Positions 42,738-64,000 of a stretch of DNA of 64,000 nucleotides are shown piece after piece (position 1 is the first letter of the stretch; each line of letters opens with the position of its first letter). The translations under genes were made by a program, and so were the position numbers. Source of the DNA: Podarcis melisellensis (taxonomy: Eukaryota). The stretch is taken from the NCBI GenBank assembly GCA_964234715.1, contig OZ174280.1, one strand, 5' to 3'. Under the pieces are notes generated by a model. The model was not told the origin of the DNA. It worked only from the letters and a program-made list of their open reading frames with translations, and made no database searches.

Positions 42738-45700
42738 ATGTTGCCCTTGCCTGGTGCATCTGGGGAATCCTTGCAGTCCGTGCCATCACTCTGGACAATG
42801 GTAGAGGAACAATTAGCACCCAGTGAGAGGCTTGAGGCGAAAGCTATCTTGGGTCATGGCCTTGTGGAACGGAGCTTGGAACTTCATGCTGAGGTTAAGT
42901 ACCAAAATACTGGATCTCCTATTCAAAATGATTCACAAAAGAGCAGAACAAACAAACCACCTCTCTTACTACACAATTTAGAAGTGGCTGGTGACAAAGG
43001 GATATCTGAATAAAGCATCAAATCTAGGTTTCATCAGCTAAAGAGGCAGCACTAATTTTGTAAGGGGATTTGACTGATGAAAGGGCCCGCCTTTCATGTC
43101 TATAGATTTGAGTGGAGTGGACAGTGCTAAAATTGAGTGGAGCTAAGGGAGGGCTTATAAATTGTATTAAGCCCCCTTTCACTGAGCAATGGCCACTAGT
43201 TTTGGCATACATGCATTTTCATATAGAGTAGCATTCATGTGTATGATAATCTTGTATGGAGAAAACCTCTGGTTTGCCACTTACATCTGCTTTGAGTGCT
43301 GTTTAATTTAAGTGAAAGGAAAGCATATCTGAGAAGGCAAGTCAAGGAGGGGATAAAATATTGCAACCACCCCCTCCCTGTTTGACAAGGTCCCCATTTG
43401 CCAGCTCCCAGCTCAGCTGGTTCCTAATGCTTGGCCAGAGCCCCTAATCCATGCTATTCCAGGCCCTTTGTTCTCCTCCAGCCATTCATGCCCTTTCTTT
43501 ATTCAGCATGGTCCTGACTGCAGCTGAGAAGAACAGTAAACATCCCAGAGGCTTTTCACATGGTAATTGCCTTACCTCCTCCTGAAACCAGAAGAGCAAG
43601 CACAGCACACCCTGACAAGATGGCACCTTTTTCACTCTATCACTTCTTCATGTTAGAGCTTTGCTTGAGATCCAGCCCCCCCCATTGTGATTAGTGACCC
43701 CTCCCCAGCCTTTATGGGGTCTCTCACCTGGCTGTCTATTACCTCTTCATCACAAGCCTGATAAATGTAGCCCAGGTACTGCCTGTCTCCCTGCTGTGTT
43801 CTTGTATGTGTCTCTGCTCCCCTCCCCAATTGGATATCTGAGAGGCCGCCCAGGGAAGCAGCTGTACCATAACGTTCCTCTTGTGGATGTGTGGGGCCAG
43901 AAAGGGAGTTCTGGCGCTCGCCTGCCTTACAAATATCCTGCAGATATTTTTGCGGCATGACCTTGACTTTCCTCATGGGGGGAGGGAGAGAATGATTGTG
44001 GGTGGGCTGTCTGCAGCTTTGCACCTTTTATGGAGTGTACAGACGGCAACAAAGTAGTGCCCTCTTGCCAGCTACATTGGAATGACAGTGTCCTGGCTGG
44101 TGTTCTTATCTTCCGCAGCCAACTTTGCCCATTTTCTGCAAAAGAGTTGTTTTTTTAAAACCTAAAAACTTCACTCTTAATCCTAAAATACACTTCACAT
44201 AAACTAATAGCCTCATAGTCTGTTCCCAGTCTTTGGGGAGATGCAACGTTTTACTGAATTCAGTGTGCTCTCACACACATTTATCACATTTGAGGCATCT
44301 TTTATTCCCCTGATGTATGACATACTTCCAAAAAGTTGTCAGTTCCCTGACTGTGGCCTTTATGAAATGTAATTGTCTACCATCAGGTGAGTAATTAACT
44401 CATGGCTAGGTATTGGTTTTCTTTTCTTGCAGGCAGGCACCTGGCTTGATTTCCAGGTGTGCAGAATACCAATACTGGGAATGGGAGTGCAACGTGTATT
44501 TTTAGGTTGTGTCAGTGCTCCATCATTTGGGGAGGTGGAGGGTGGGGGAAAGATTACTTTGAGAAAGTTACTGCAGTTTGTGTCAATGTGCACATGTGTG
44601 AATTTCTGCATGTGGCAATGCACTCCAACCCCTTCCCTATTTACAGGTGCGGACACTGTTGGAATTACATCAGGAGTTGCAGTCAGGCTGCCTTGGAGTG
44701 GAGCAAAGCCCACTGCAAGCGGATGACAGCTGGGCCTTGCTGGCAGCTCCCCCCAACCTCAAGGAGCTGGTCAGGGAGGAGATCCGCCTTCTTCTAATTG
44801 GCCTACAGCAGAAGGCATCGCAGGAGGGCAGGTACTGGAGATTGGAAGAGAAGGGACTTGAGAGAATTAAGGGCTGAGCTGAGGGGGAGCAGGTAGTAGG
44901 GATAGAAGAAAAGCAAGCAGAATATCTTAGGACCTGAAGCCTATTTGATATAAAAATGAGCCCATTGGTTTCCAACTGATGTGGCTGGTGGTATTTATGT
45001 GTGCGGAATGGGTGAGTTTTATATCATCTTTTGGCCAAAGCAGTCTAGATTGAGGAAGCCATAACTATTTGTTATGAGAGGCTTAGAGTTTCATGGGACA
45101 AATCAGTTAGGAGGCTAGACAATAACCTGATTGTCTCTCTTAACAAGAACAGGATGAGGGAAACCTCTGATTCCACTCAGATATAAATAAGTCCAGTGCC
45201 ACCTAGTGACTAAACTATATATTTACACTATTTATACAGTATTCTTTCTCCCTTTGCCTTCTAAGGGTGACTGTTCCAGAAATGCTTACTAGGAAATATC
45301 AGCTCCAATGCAATTTAATTGGCAGTTCCAGTATAGTTTCAACATGATTGCCACTCGGATGGCCAATGTCCAGCAAAAATAACCTGTACCAAACATATGT
45401 TTGCACCACACACCTCCATCTGTAACTTGCGCTCCCATTCAAGTGCAGCTTGTCAGTTTGTGTGTCTCTCTAGTCTTTTTTATATGTAGAATTAATTCCA
45501 GCCTTACATTCCCATTCTTTGGGTCTCAATCATATAACCTTTGTCATTCCCACTTAGCTCCCTTACATCATGCAGGAATTGCATTGCTGAGCGCTTCTAT
45601 CAAGAATGCCAGTCCTGCTAGTGCGTTTGTTTTTTATGGTGTGTTCAGTCCATAGCCTGAGGCTGAGATTATGTCCCACCTCCAAGTTCAAAGTGAGCAT

Positions 45701-48700
45701 TCATCCAAGTGAGCACTGGGATCAGCACCTGCTGGAACCCTTGCCTGAGGATTTGCTCCCTGCCTTAGCCCTGTGTAACCAATGAATAGTTCAGTGAAGG
45801 CACGGATTAGAACAGGCTGGCTAGTAAGGGATGAGCTCTCAAACTCCTCATGCTGGAGTTGTTTGTACCATGTTGCCGTATCGGAGAATCCCTTCACACC
45901 CTTCAAACCTTTCTACTATCTCTCAGTCACAACCTGAAATTCTGCATTTGTTACTTACTTTCAAATAGCTCCCCTCTTGTTGAATTGACATGAGCACAGG
46001 TCATGGCTCCCTGTGTTCTGCCTAGAACTGGGTGGTCCAATAAATGGCCTGAGGGCTGCATGTGGCCCTCAAGGCCTGTTTTGTTGGCCCGAGCAACATT
46101 TGACACCCTCCCCAGCCCTCATGCTGCCTTCCCAAAGCCAGATAAACAAGGCACTAGGCTTAGCGAAGGAGGTGTACAGGATCTGGCAGGGTCCTAAAGT
46201 CCTCCTGTCTCCTACCCAAAGCCTAATTGCTACTTCCCTGGAGTGCTCTAGGACCCTCCCAAAGCCTGTTGTCTCACTTAGCTGGCTTTGGGAAGGCAGG
46301 GCAAGGACTGGGGGGTGGCATCAAATTTTTGCCTCAGTCTCCCCACTGCACAATACAGTATGTGTTCTGTTGGTTCTGTGTCAAACTACTTTTGTGGTCT
46401 ACCTTGGTATGGAAAATTGGACCTCACTGGGCTCTTTAGTCCAGCTTGTTTTTCCTTTTAGGCTTCTATTCATTCCAGCTACTGGGTGGTTTTGTGACCC
46501 TGCACTGCCACCAACTGGTCTTCTCTTGTCCTTGTCAGCCCAAAGACTGGGGATGAACAATTGCCTTATAGCTGTATGTTTTCTGCTTCACAGGAACCAA
46601 GATTGTGCCATCGCTAAATACAGCCCTCATGTGGTCACCTTTGCATTGAAGGCAAATGCTGGCAATAGTCAGTCTTCATCTGGGAGCAGTGCTCTAATCA
46701 GGTAAGACTGAAGGAAGCTGCAGCCTCCACACAATGAGCCTCTGGCCTGTGACTTGTTCTTACCCGGAACACCATGAACTGTATCACCACAGGAGGTCTC
46801 AGAATCCAGGACTGATTTTGTCTGTAGGAAGCCTAACACCACAGAGTGCCATATGCCATAGACTTAGAAACCTAGCAGCGATAGGTTCTTTTTGCATCTA
46901 TGGGCAGTTTGGGGCTGATCACTATTATCCCATTTGATCCTTATACAAGTTCCAGGAGCGGGGTCTTGCAATGAGTTGGCCTCCCTGCTGGTTTCAGTCC
47001 CATTGTGGCATTAATCTAGAAATGTGTTTGCATTATTTATATAGATATGCATATTATGCATATGTAGAATTAGCAGTGGTGTGCCCACTCAAATTATAAG
47101 TCTCCATTTTGGATAGAACCTTAATGTTAAGTCAGAGAGGCTGTGAAATTACAGACTCAGCCAGCAAAGATGGGGCAATACCAATGGGGTGGGGTGGGGA
47201 GACTCACTGAGCAAGCAGAAATCTTTGTGCAGGGCTTCCACTGACAGAGATGTAGGTGAATCCCACCCCTAGTATGTTTTCCTTTTATATCTAGTTGAAG
47301 AAACCAAGAGCAGGTTGGTATGCGGAGGTACAGTCTCTCAAACATCTTGGTGAGGTTCCTGGGCATATCAGCTCCAGTTTCTGTGGTGTTAAGTACCACC
47401 TGTAGGTGAGTTTCAGAATGAGTTCCCTTCTTTTGGCTGATATGGACTTAAAGGGAGGTATAGACCACATTCTAGTCCATTGGGTGGGGTTAATTTCATA
47501 GCCTATATCATGCTCCCATGGTTCTTTGATTGCATCAGTGTTGTGGGGATTTACTTTAGTTTGTTTTGGAGAAATGGGTGTGCTGTTGTGGGGATGTTTT
47601 CGATGGTATCCCCATGAATTTTTGTTCTTCTGCAGTTATGGTTGGCATGGTCAGCCCTGTTAGGAATCTTCTGATTTCATGTTCAGGTGGGTTGCGGGAG
47701 GTGTATAGGTTGGCATAAAATTCTGAGGTTATTTCTTTGGTGGTGGATGTTAACGCAATCGTCTTTTATAGTGACACAGTATATACCGTATTTTTCGCTC
47801 TATAACACGCACCAGACCATAACACGCACGTAGTTTTTAGAGGAGGAAAACAAGAAAAAAAAAATCTAAATGAAATAGTGGATATATGATTTTTGTGGTT
47901 CATGCTGTGGCCACAGACATGTGATCTGACAGTGAGTTTGGAGTAGCCCAATGCAAAAATCCTGAGGATCCATGTGGATCCATGCTTTGTAACCACGGGG
48001 GAGGGAAGAAAGGGGAACCATGGATCCTGTGCTCACGACTGCAGCAAATCCCCCCCGCCACCCGCAGGCATTCGCTCCATAACACGCACAGTCATTTCCC
48101 CTTACTTTCTAGGCGGAAAAAAGTGAGTGTTATGGTGCAAAAAATACGGTACTTGTTTTGAGTGATTCCCCCCCCCCCCCGCATCTGTTTGCTAGTAGTC
48201 TGGAGTTCTTCCCTCCATATTCGTAAAAGCATTGTTTAGGATATAGGATGTTAATCATTGTTTTATTGATTTCTGGAGAGTCAATTTCCCTTCTTTTTTG
48301 TTCTATGAATTTAATGAGGGTTTTTTTGGCTCCTGTTTGTTTGTAGTGTGATGACAAGGTTGAAATGTCTTGTTCTAATTTACCAATTTTTGAGGAAGTT
48401 TGTTTTTTAAGGGATGTCCTCTCCTTTATGTAAGCTCCTCTGATGACCACTTTCATTGTGTCCCAGAGAAGGGGGGTTGCAATGTCGTCTACATCGTTGT
48501 CCTTAAAGTAGTTTTGGAGAGTTTTCAAGAGACTCTCTAGGTAGTTCATTTGTGGTTAGGATGGGGCTGAAGGACCATGATTGGGTGGTTTATGCTTCCT
48601 CTCCTGTTAGGAGGGTTGCTTCTACTGGGGCATGGTCTGTGATTTTAATGTTCTGTGTCTGAGTCCTAAGAAGCATGCTAGTTCGGTTTGATGAATCCCT

Positions 48701-50754
48701 GTCCTGTGACAGCCATACAGAGAGGATGGGAGTACAACTTGTTGAAAGAGACTAGGGGTCCTGGAAAGAAAATGACTGACATCCCCAACCAAATTCTGTT
48801 ACCTGATCCTTGTGCCAGTGTCCCATTCAAGCTTTGTTTAGTGCAGGAATGCCCAGTTGCAGGCATCAAGCCCGTCTGGTCACAGGAAAATGCAAGTCTC
48901 ACCCAATTTCTGTTTCCTTAGGCCATTATTCTCCAGAACCACTAATCTGGAATCCTTCTGTAATAAACTGAATATTGCCCATATCAGTGAGGTAGCCTCT
49001 CAACTTCGGTAAGTTTTTGCTCTATTAGGTTTTTTATTTGCACAAATATTGTAAGAGGGAAGAAGGCACAAGAGGGTTACAGGTATCCGTTGCAGGTGTC
49101 TGGAAGGCAGATATAACAGAAGACCTTGTGTCTGAGAACAGTAAACTCACTGCAGAGACAGAAGGGAAGCTGGGGATGGCATTGTGTGAAAATGTGTGCA
49201 GATGGACCCAAGCAGCTTGAATTCTACCTTCTAACTCTCCCCATCAGCTGTCTCCCAGTCTGGCCTATACCACAATCATGAAGACAAGGAGGGGCAAGAG
49301 TCTCTTTCCAAACTTCCTCTGGGTACAGATATAGTTTCTATGGCACATTTTGCTCTGTGTAATTGCAAGGAGTGAAGCAGATGAAACAACAGTTGTGGCA
49401 GAACTTGGTGGGAAGGGCATAGCATAAAAAGGTGGGAACCTCAAGAGAAGGTCAAGAAGCAACACAGGAGTGTGGTGTCTAAGCCATACATAGTCTTGGC
49501 TCCCAGTGCAGTCTCCAGTGGGGAACACACAAAGGGCTTTGTAAAGATTCTTCCATCTTGTGCCACTGGGCATCCTGCATATTCCAGGCAGTATGTATAG
49601 TTATTGAAGGGAGCTTGCTCAAGTCCACCCTCAGAAATGCCAGAAAGTGTTCAACAGCAGAGTACAAAACAAGGTTTAGAAACACTGTCAGCATTAGAGA
49701 TACTTGTGCCTAGTTACGAACTGTTTCAAAGAAGTGTGGTTTTCTCTTCACATCCCTAGCAACATGAGCTGCCATTGCAAGCAGATGGTGGCTATCCTCA
49801 CATCTAACTTTCATTTGAATTGCCAGCCCCCACATTGGGAACGTAAACAAAAAGTGAGGAAGATGTGGAGACACCAAGTCTGCAATGCTGGCAATTGTTT
49901 TCTGTCCCAAATGTATCACCTCCTTTGGGTCTCACTGGCTGTACTATTTTTTCTAGAACCTTGCTAGAGGATGAGTGCTCTGATCTGGAAAGATACATCC
50001 CCTATTTACAGGTAAGGGCTGAACCCTTCTCATCTCAAGGAGGGTCTCTAGAGTTCCTCATAAACAGTGTTTCTCCCATGCGCTTCCAAGCATCTGCTTC
50101 AAGTTTTGGCCAATAGGTCTGTGAGACTGGTTTTTGTTGCAGCTTGGGTAGAGCATCTGCAGCAACATTTCCTCAGCCCTTCTAGACTATTGTGTAAGAA
50201 CAGAGGCAAGGCTCTGTGGGATCTGACCAAAGCCCCATCTAGTCTAGCACCCTGTTCTCACAGATGCTTATAGAAAACTTGCATGCAGGATATCCCCATG
50301 GCACATCATCTAAGTTGGCACCCATCCCTATATCTCATGGGGGCAAATTCCATAGTTAACTTTTGTTTGTCCTGAATGTTGCAACCATCTTCTTCATTGG
50401 ATGGACCCAAGTTCTAGTATTACTGCTCTCATGTCTTCCCTCCTGCCCACGTACATAGGAGCTTGGTCTCAGAGCTGTATCTACAAAGCTGTTCCCATGG
50501 CTATGGCAGCCTGGGTTAGAACAGGCCTTGGGTCAGAACTCTTGAGAGGAGTGACAAGGGTGTTTGGCTTCCATACCAGTTCTACAACTGCCCAAATAGC
50601 TAGCTTTTTTGTCTCCTTCCCAAATCTGGGGGACAGGGAGCAGCTGAGGAAAGATGTGAGTGGCAGGAAAACTGTTATGATGATTTGGATGTGAAAACAC
50701 CATCACATTGGGCTGCAGGACTGCTGCAAGAGTACTTCCTGTCACCAGTGTCTG

Positions 50755-50796
<42 letters not shown>

Positions 50797-52499
50797 TTAA
50801 AAACACACCTTTGCAGCAGTACACCCATAGTGCTGAGAGCTGCCAAGTTATGAAATCACAGTGACTTGTGACTGCGGAATCAGGGTCAAAAGAATTGTTG
50901 AACTGCAGTTGGCATGATCATCTAGTCCCAATGATCATCTACTCCAACCTCCGGCAATGTAGGCTATCCACTGCTAGAGCATCCCTGAGAAGTGGTCATT
51001 TAGCCTCTGCTTAAAAGCCTCTAGCAAATGAGAACCTATTAAGTCAGCCCACTAAGTTTCTAAGTCAGCAACCTGACAGACTATTTTCCAGAAGAATATG
51101 AAACGAGCGTCATCAGCTGAAGGGACTGGATATGCTGGTGTGTATCCATTAGCTTTCTGCAGTGACTGGGGCAACTAGAAGGCTGGGAGGGAAAGTAAGG
51201 TATTTAATACGGGAAGACATTCCAACACGAGGAAAACCTGTAAGCAGAGACATGTACATCTTTAAGAGAAATTGTATAGTTAAAGGTGCAGCTTCTTTCT
51301 TCTGTGTTGTGTTTCCTATAGCATTTTTCATGTTCCACAGTGCCAACTGGAGGAGGTGCATCAGCATGCTACAGAGCTGCTAGAGGCAACACATGAGCCC
51401 ACCATGGCTGGTATGAAGAACCCGAGTCTCGGATAAGGCCAGGCTGGGAATTGGGGAAGGGATGCAGCATCATGGTGCCTATAGCCATCATCTTTAGGCA
51501 GGTGTTGCCAAGGAGAGGCGTTTGCAGTGGGGCATGGTCTCTTTGTGAGTGCCAGCCCCAATGCTCTTCATGATTGTTGCTTCCCCCAACCCCCATGAAA
51601 TAGGGTCTTCTCTCCGCAGAATTACAAGAGGAGAAACGTGCCATGGAACGGGATTTGCAGCTAAGCCAGCCTAAGCCAGGCACCAGCCCTTCCCTGATGT
51701 CGAAACATCTTGGGAGTAGCAGCTACCAGCCGCAATTCAGGTGGGCCTGCAAGCACCAAAGCTATGATACCATGAAGCTGCATAATATTATAACTGAGGG
51801 GTAGCTGTCAAACTGGCGCCTGCAGCAGAGAGGTGCAACCATAGTTCAGGGTTGGTTTATTATTCTATGGCAGGGGTCACCAACGCAGCACCCTCCAAGT
51901 GGGGCTGTTGGGAGTCTAACATCTAGAGGGGGCATCTTGTTGGCTCTTTGTGCTGTATGGTCTCTAGCATACCTGCCATATTTTAAGTAAAAATTCTGGA
52001 GTTTGTTCTGCGCAGGACCCATTAGTTCTGCTGTAGTGACTAAAGCTTTTCTCTCCTTGATGCTTTACATGGAAAGATGCTTGGTCAACACCTCCTGCTT
52101 CTTGGTAACCCCTTCCTTTCCCTTCGCAGTGGCTTGAGAGGCTCAGCAAAAGGACCAAGCTTTGGAGAGGTCAGTCCTGCTTCTTCACCAACTCTCAGAG
52201 ACCAGGCTTCTCCTTTATGCCATCAGGCACTACCCCGGCAGGGCCACTCAGCACGAGGGTCCTATGGATGGCCGCAGCGAGATGGTGAGGAACCCAACCA
52301 TGCCAGGAAGGACAATGATGTTCTGTTGCCCAGACCTGTGCTGCCAGTGCCTCTGAAAGGGGGCAGGATTGCTTCATCCTGCGGGCTGGCAGTAGCAGGG
52401 TTGGACCATGTCTTCCACCCCACGCCTCCTACAGAGCCATGCCCAGTGCCCCGCTTCTGCCCTCGCACTCGGCTGCTGCGATGCAAAGGACCCAGCTAG
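42738..52499 (+). CDS. CCDC24: Coiled-coil domain-containing protein 24 (about 383 aa)
   Basis: Coding exons 42738-42893, 44647-44831, 46594-46701, 48922-49008, 49957-50011, 51341-51410, 51620-51740, 52130-52499 (TAG) total 1152 nt with consistent phase. Blocks PSLWTMVEEQL..ILG..SLELHAEV, LLAAPPNLKELVREEIRLLLIGLQQKA, YSPHVVTFAL, KLNIAHISEVASQLRTLLEDEC and EPTMAELQEEKRAMERDLQ resemble human CCDC24 as recalled. It sits in the expected syntenic slot next to SLC6A9. Confidence 0.9.
47150..48670 (-). mobile_element. L1/Tx1-type LINE ORF2 remnant in a CCDC24 intron (RT core absent, MITE inserted)
   Basis: Minus strand: ITDHAPV (end of endonuclease), LWDTMKVVIRG...FYEYGGKNSRLLA, EFYANLYTS..IRRFL..MPTI, then WEHDIG..YRWYLTPQKL..PRCLRDC. 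Confidence 0.82.
47786..48149. mobile_element. Tc1/mariner-type MITE, copy 2 (nested in L1)
   Basis: TA|CCGTATTTTTCGCTCTATAAC ... GTTATGGTGCAAAAAATACGG|TA, with the same subterminal sequence as copy 1. Confidence 0.85.
50755..50796 (+). repeat. (ATT)14 microsatellite
   Basis: Read directly. Confidence 0.95.
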
Positions 52500-52884
52500 G
52501 GAATGGAGAGCTGCCGCCTTCCCTTAAGTACCCCATTTCCCGCTCCCATGCTGCAGAGTCTTCAAGGGACCTAGCCCTGCAGCATCCTGTGCCTCAAGAG
52601 TTGCTGCGGTTGCCTTTTGCTCATCCTTGTGAACAGGGTCAATGGGATTCCAGGGAAAGCGAAAAGGCAAAGAACTGCATACACACAACCTCCCCCAACC
52701 CATGAATGCAGATAAACTACTTGCAAGTGGGACCCATGCCAGTGAGATGCTTCTTCTCCTTCTTGTCCACAACACAGGACAGTGGGCCTTGTGGCAGTGA
52801 GGCTGTGAACCCAACCCACACCTTCCCCATTCCTCCACGCACACCAAAGAACTGTACCACCCAAGGTTCAGGAATATAAATTTC

Positions 52885-52890
52885 ATTAAA
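52885..52890 (+). terminator. Putative CCDC24 polyadenylation signal ATTAAA
   Basis: ATTAAA in an AT-rich patch about 385 nt after the stop. Confidence 0.5.
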
Positions 52891-55023
52891 ATCTATCAGA
52901 CTTTAAAAATCTACAACTGGAAGAGTCACAGTATGGGAGACGCGTCACAATTATTGCTATGAACAATGAGGCGGCAATGCTAGCTGCCGCCTTCGACACA
53001 GGAGGAAAGGACAGACACGGAACCATGCATTAAATAGTGCAGCCTTGGCGCAGAGGAGGGAAGGTCTGGGGGCTTGCGGCTTAGGGCAAAAGTACCATCA
53101 TGGCATGGAGCCATCTGTCCCCCCTCTCCCTCTTAACTGCTCACGATGCAGACGTTTGGCACTTGAACGCTGGCTGCTATGCCCATGCCACCGGCTGGAG
53201 CAGGTACCACGTGGGTAGGAGCCAGGTGTGCCCTTGCTGTTGGCACCATGGCTACACCGCAGCAATCGTGCACGGCTGGGAGCTGAGGGGTGCCCCCCGA
53301 CATGCACTGTTTGGCATTGGTTAAGTGAATTGGCATCGGGGTACAAGACAGGATTGTGGCTGCCGGGGTCTCCTGTCTCCTCCACCCAGGCGTTTCTAGG
53401 GGGTAAAGTGCAGGCAGCAACACTGACATGGAAACACGGGACGGTGAGGCCAGAAGACGGAACCATTAGTACCTCCTACCCATCTGAGGCAGCACAGGCC
53501 CTGCTTTGTGTTAGGGAGAAAAGCCATGGAGCTGGAGACGGGGCTGGTGCCTATGGCCAACTTCTCCATGAAGCTAGCAGCTTCTGCCCCCACCACTAGT
53601 GGAGAAGTGGGCCACATGGAACCCAGGCCTGGCCAGGATAGCCTTTAGGGAAGCTTGTGCTTTTGCTCTATGTGTGTGTGTGTGTCTTTCCCACCTGCAA
53701 TGGTGTGGGCAGGACTTGGCACATCATCTGCTCTTAGCACCATGGTTGGCTCTGTCCCTTTCCCTGTGGGATAGGGCAGAGCTAGGTCCCAATGGTCTCT
53801 TACCTTTGTGGAGACCCCATTCAAATTAATTTATTCCCTTTAGGGGAAGAGTGTAGAAAAGTGCTTCAGAATAACAGGCTTGGGGGAGCATCCAGAAGAT
53901 GCTGTCTAGACCAGGAATGCACACCTGGGCAAAATCTGTCCAGTGGGTTGCGTGTGCTGCCCAGAGTCTGTGGCACTGCCCAAGATGTCTATCATGGTAA
54001 TACGGTGCATCCAGCCTCTCAGCTGTCACTTTTTCTATTTGTGAGAGATGCTGTTTGCTTATGTTTCGCTCTGCAGGTGTGCGATTCTGGAAGGTGTGCA
54101 AATAAGGCTCAATATTAAGATCAGGAGGGAGACAAGTGCATATTTTTGTTCATGGAGTTGTGATCCTCCCATGCTCTTGCAACCCAATTAAAGAGAGCTC
54201 TCCTGCCCCCTGCCCACCCACCCCAATCATTAACCTGCCAAATTCAATACTAAGGTTCTAGCAGGAACGTTTCTTATCATGGGAGACCATGGCGAGAAGT
54301 GCAAATTGGTAAGTGCTGGGGAAGCTAGCTTTCCTTTCCTAGGTGGGGAAGCTGGGAAGGTCTGTGCAGTGGTTGGGGGGGGGAGGTGCAGTCTTAAGTG
54401 CATCTCTGGAAAAGCCCTCGCAGGGGCAACAGCCTAGCTGAAGGCTGCCTAGCCTGTGGCCAAGCGATGCCTAGAATGTCAGGATTAACATTTACAATTA
54501 CAACCAACCCTCTTGCCCTCCCCCCACCCCAATCCCCCATTTGCTTATCTGTGGGGCCAGTCCCCAGGGCCCTGATCCAGGGCAGTATGGGGCATACCAC
54601 CCCCAATAGATACCAGACCCCCTGGGCCCAGGTGCAGCTGCCAGAATCCACCCCCAAAGGGGTTGCTGAGCCAGCGAGGCTCCAACCGACCCTCCTCCTG
54701 GTGCCCTTTCCCAAGGCACCCCCAACGGTTCAGCCAGTACACACCCTCCCCACCCCTGACCCTGGTCCTGGTTGCGAATTGGGGCCATCCGAACATGACT
54801 GTAAACATGAGGGTTACAAGATGGCACGGGGGCACTAATGAGGTGGGTGGGGTTGGAACTCACAGCCCCTCCCCCAGAGTCCGGCGCAGCCCGGGAGCCA
54901 GGGCTCCCCCACCCAGTGGGGGGCGCTGTCATATATCTGAGCAGAGTAGGGTTTGGAGAACCAGGGCAGGTGGGAGAGGGGAGGTGCAAGGAGGGCTCCC
55001 TGCCCTGCCTCCCAGGCTCATGT

Positions 55024-63715
<8,692 letters not shown>

Positions 63716-64000
63716 CTGCCAGAAGAGGACAGTCAGTTATTGCAGGTAGGGGAATGGCAAGAGGGTGGGCGGAGGTAAGTTATCCTATTCCTTCCTTCTG
63801 GGTCTCCCCTACTGTCAATCCTGTAAGGTCTTCCCACAAAAAGAGGGGCTTTAGAAGGGGCAACAGGCAGATAACAAAACAAGTCATATGGATGGGGACA
63901 CACACACACAAACACACACCCTTCTGCAACTTTGGATGCTTGCGCTGCTGGTGGTTTAAAGTCACTCCCCTTCCCCAGCTGGAGGCAAAGCAGGCAGGGG

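Noticed and set aside
46013-46593. Upstream part of the 230-aa ORF 46013-46705
   Set aside because: Only 46594-46701 is bounded by splice sites and resembles CCDC24. The rest is intronic and includes repeat-like sequence.
54394-55023. Pro/Gly-rich ORFs of 100-190 aa downstream of the SLC6A9 stop
   Set aside because: GC-rich 3' UTR sequence with no homology signal or splice support.

Overview
Vertebrate genomic DNA, most likely a lizard: it carries a Sauria SINE, Squam3-like SINEs and squamate-type MITEs, and a lacertid is the best guess. The window matches the human 1p34.1 block ATP6V0B(+) - B4GALT2(+) - CCDC24(+) - SLC6A9(-). I rebuilt the exon structures by hand from splice sites and reading-frame continuity: ATP6V0B exons 2-8, the full B4GALT2 CDS (371 aa), the full CCDC24 CDS (about 383 aa) and 12 coding exons of SLC6A9. 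The standout is an extra, intact 3-exon gene on the minus strand between B4GALT2 and CCDC24. It encodes a roughly 210-220 aa secreted protein with a signal peptide, two complete VWC domains and one partial VWC domain. It looks like a third brorin (VWC2/VWC2L) family member that, from my recollection of the human locus, is not found there. It shares a CpG-island promoter, carrying an RFX X-box and ETS motifs, head-to-head with CCDC24. Other points: a GC-AG intron in SLC6A9, a triple-nested transposon insertion, an RT-deleted L1/Tx1 remnant with a nested MITE, and a hAT MITE family with 8-bp NNNTANNN target-site duplications (TSDs). Comparisons to human proteins and repeat consensuses are from memory; no searches were run.
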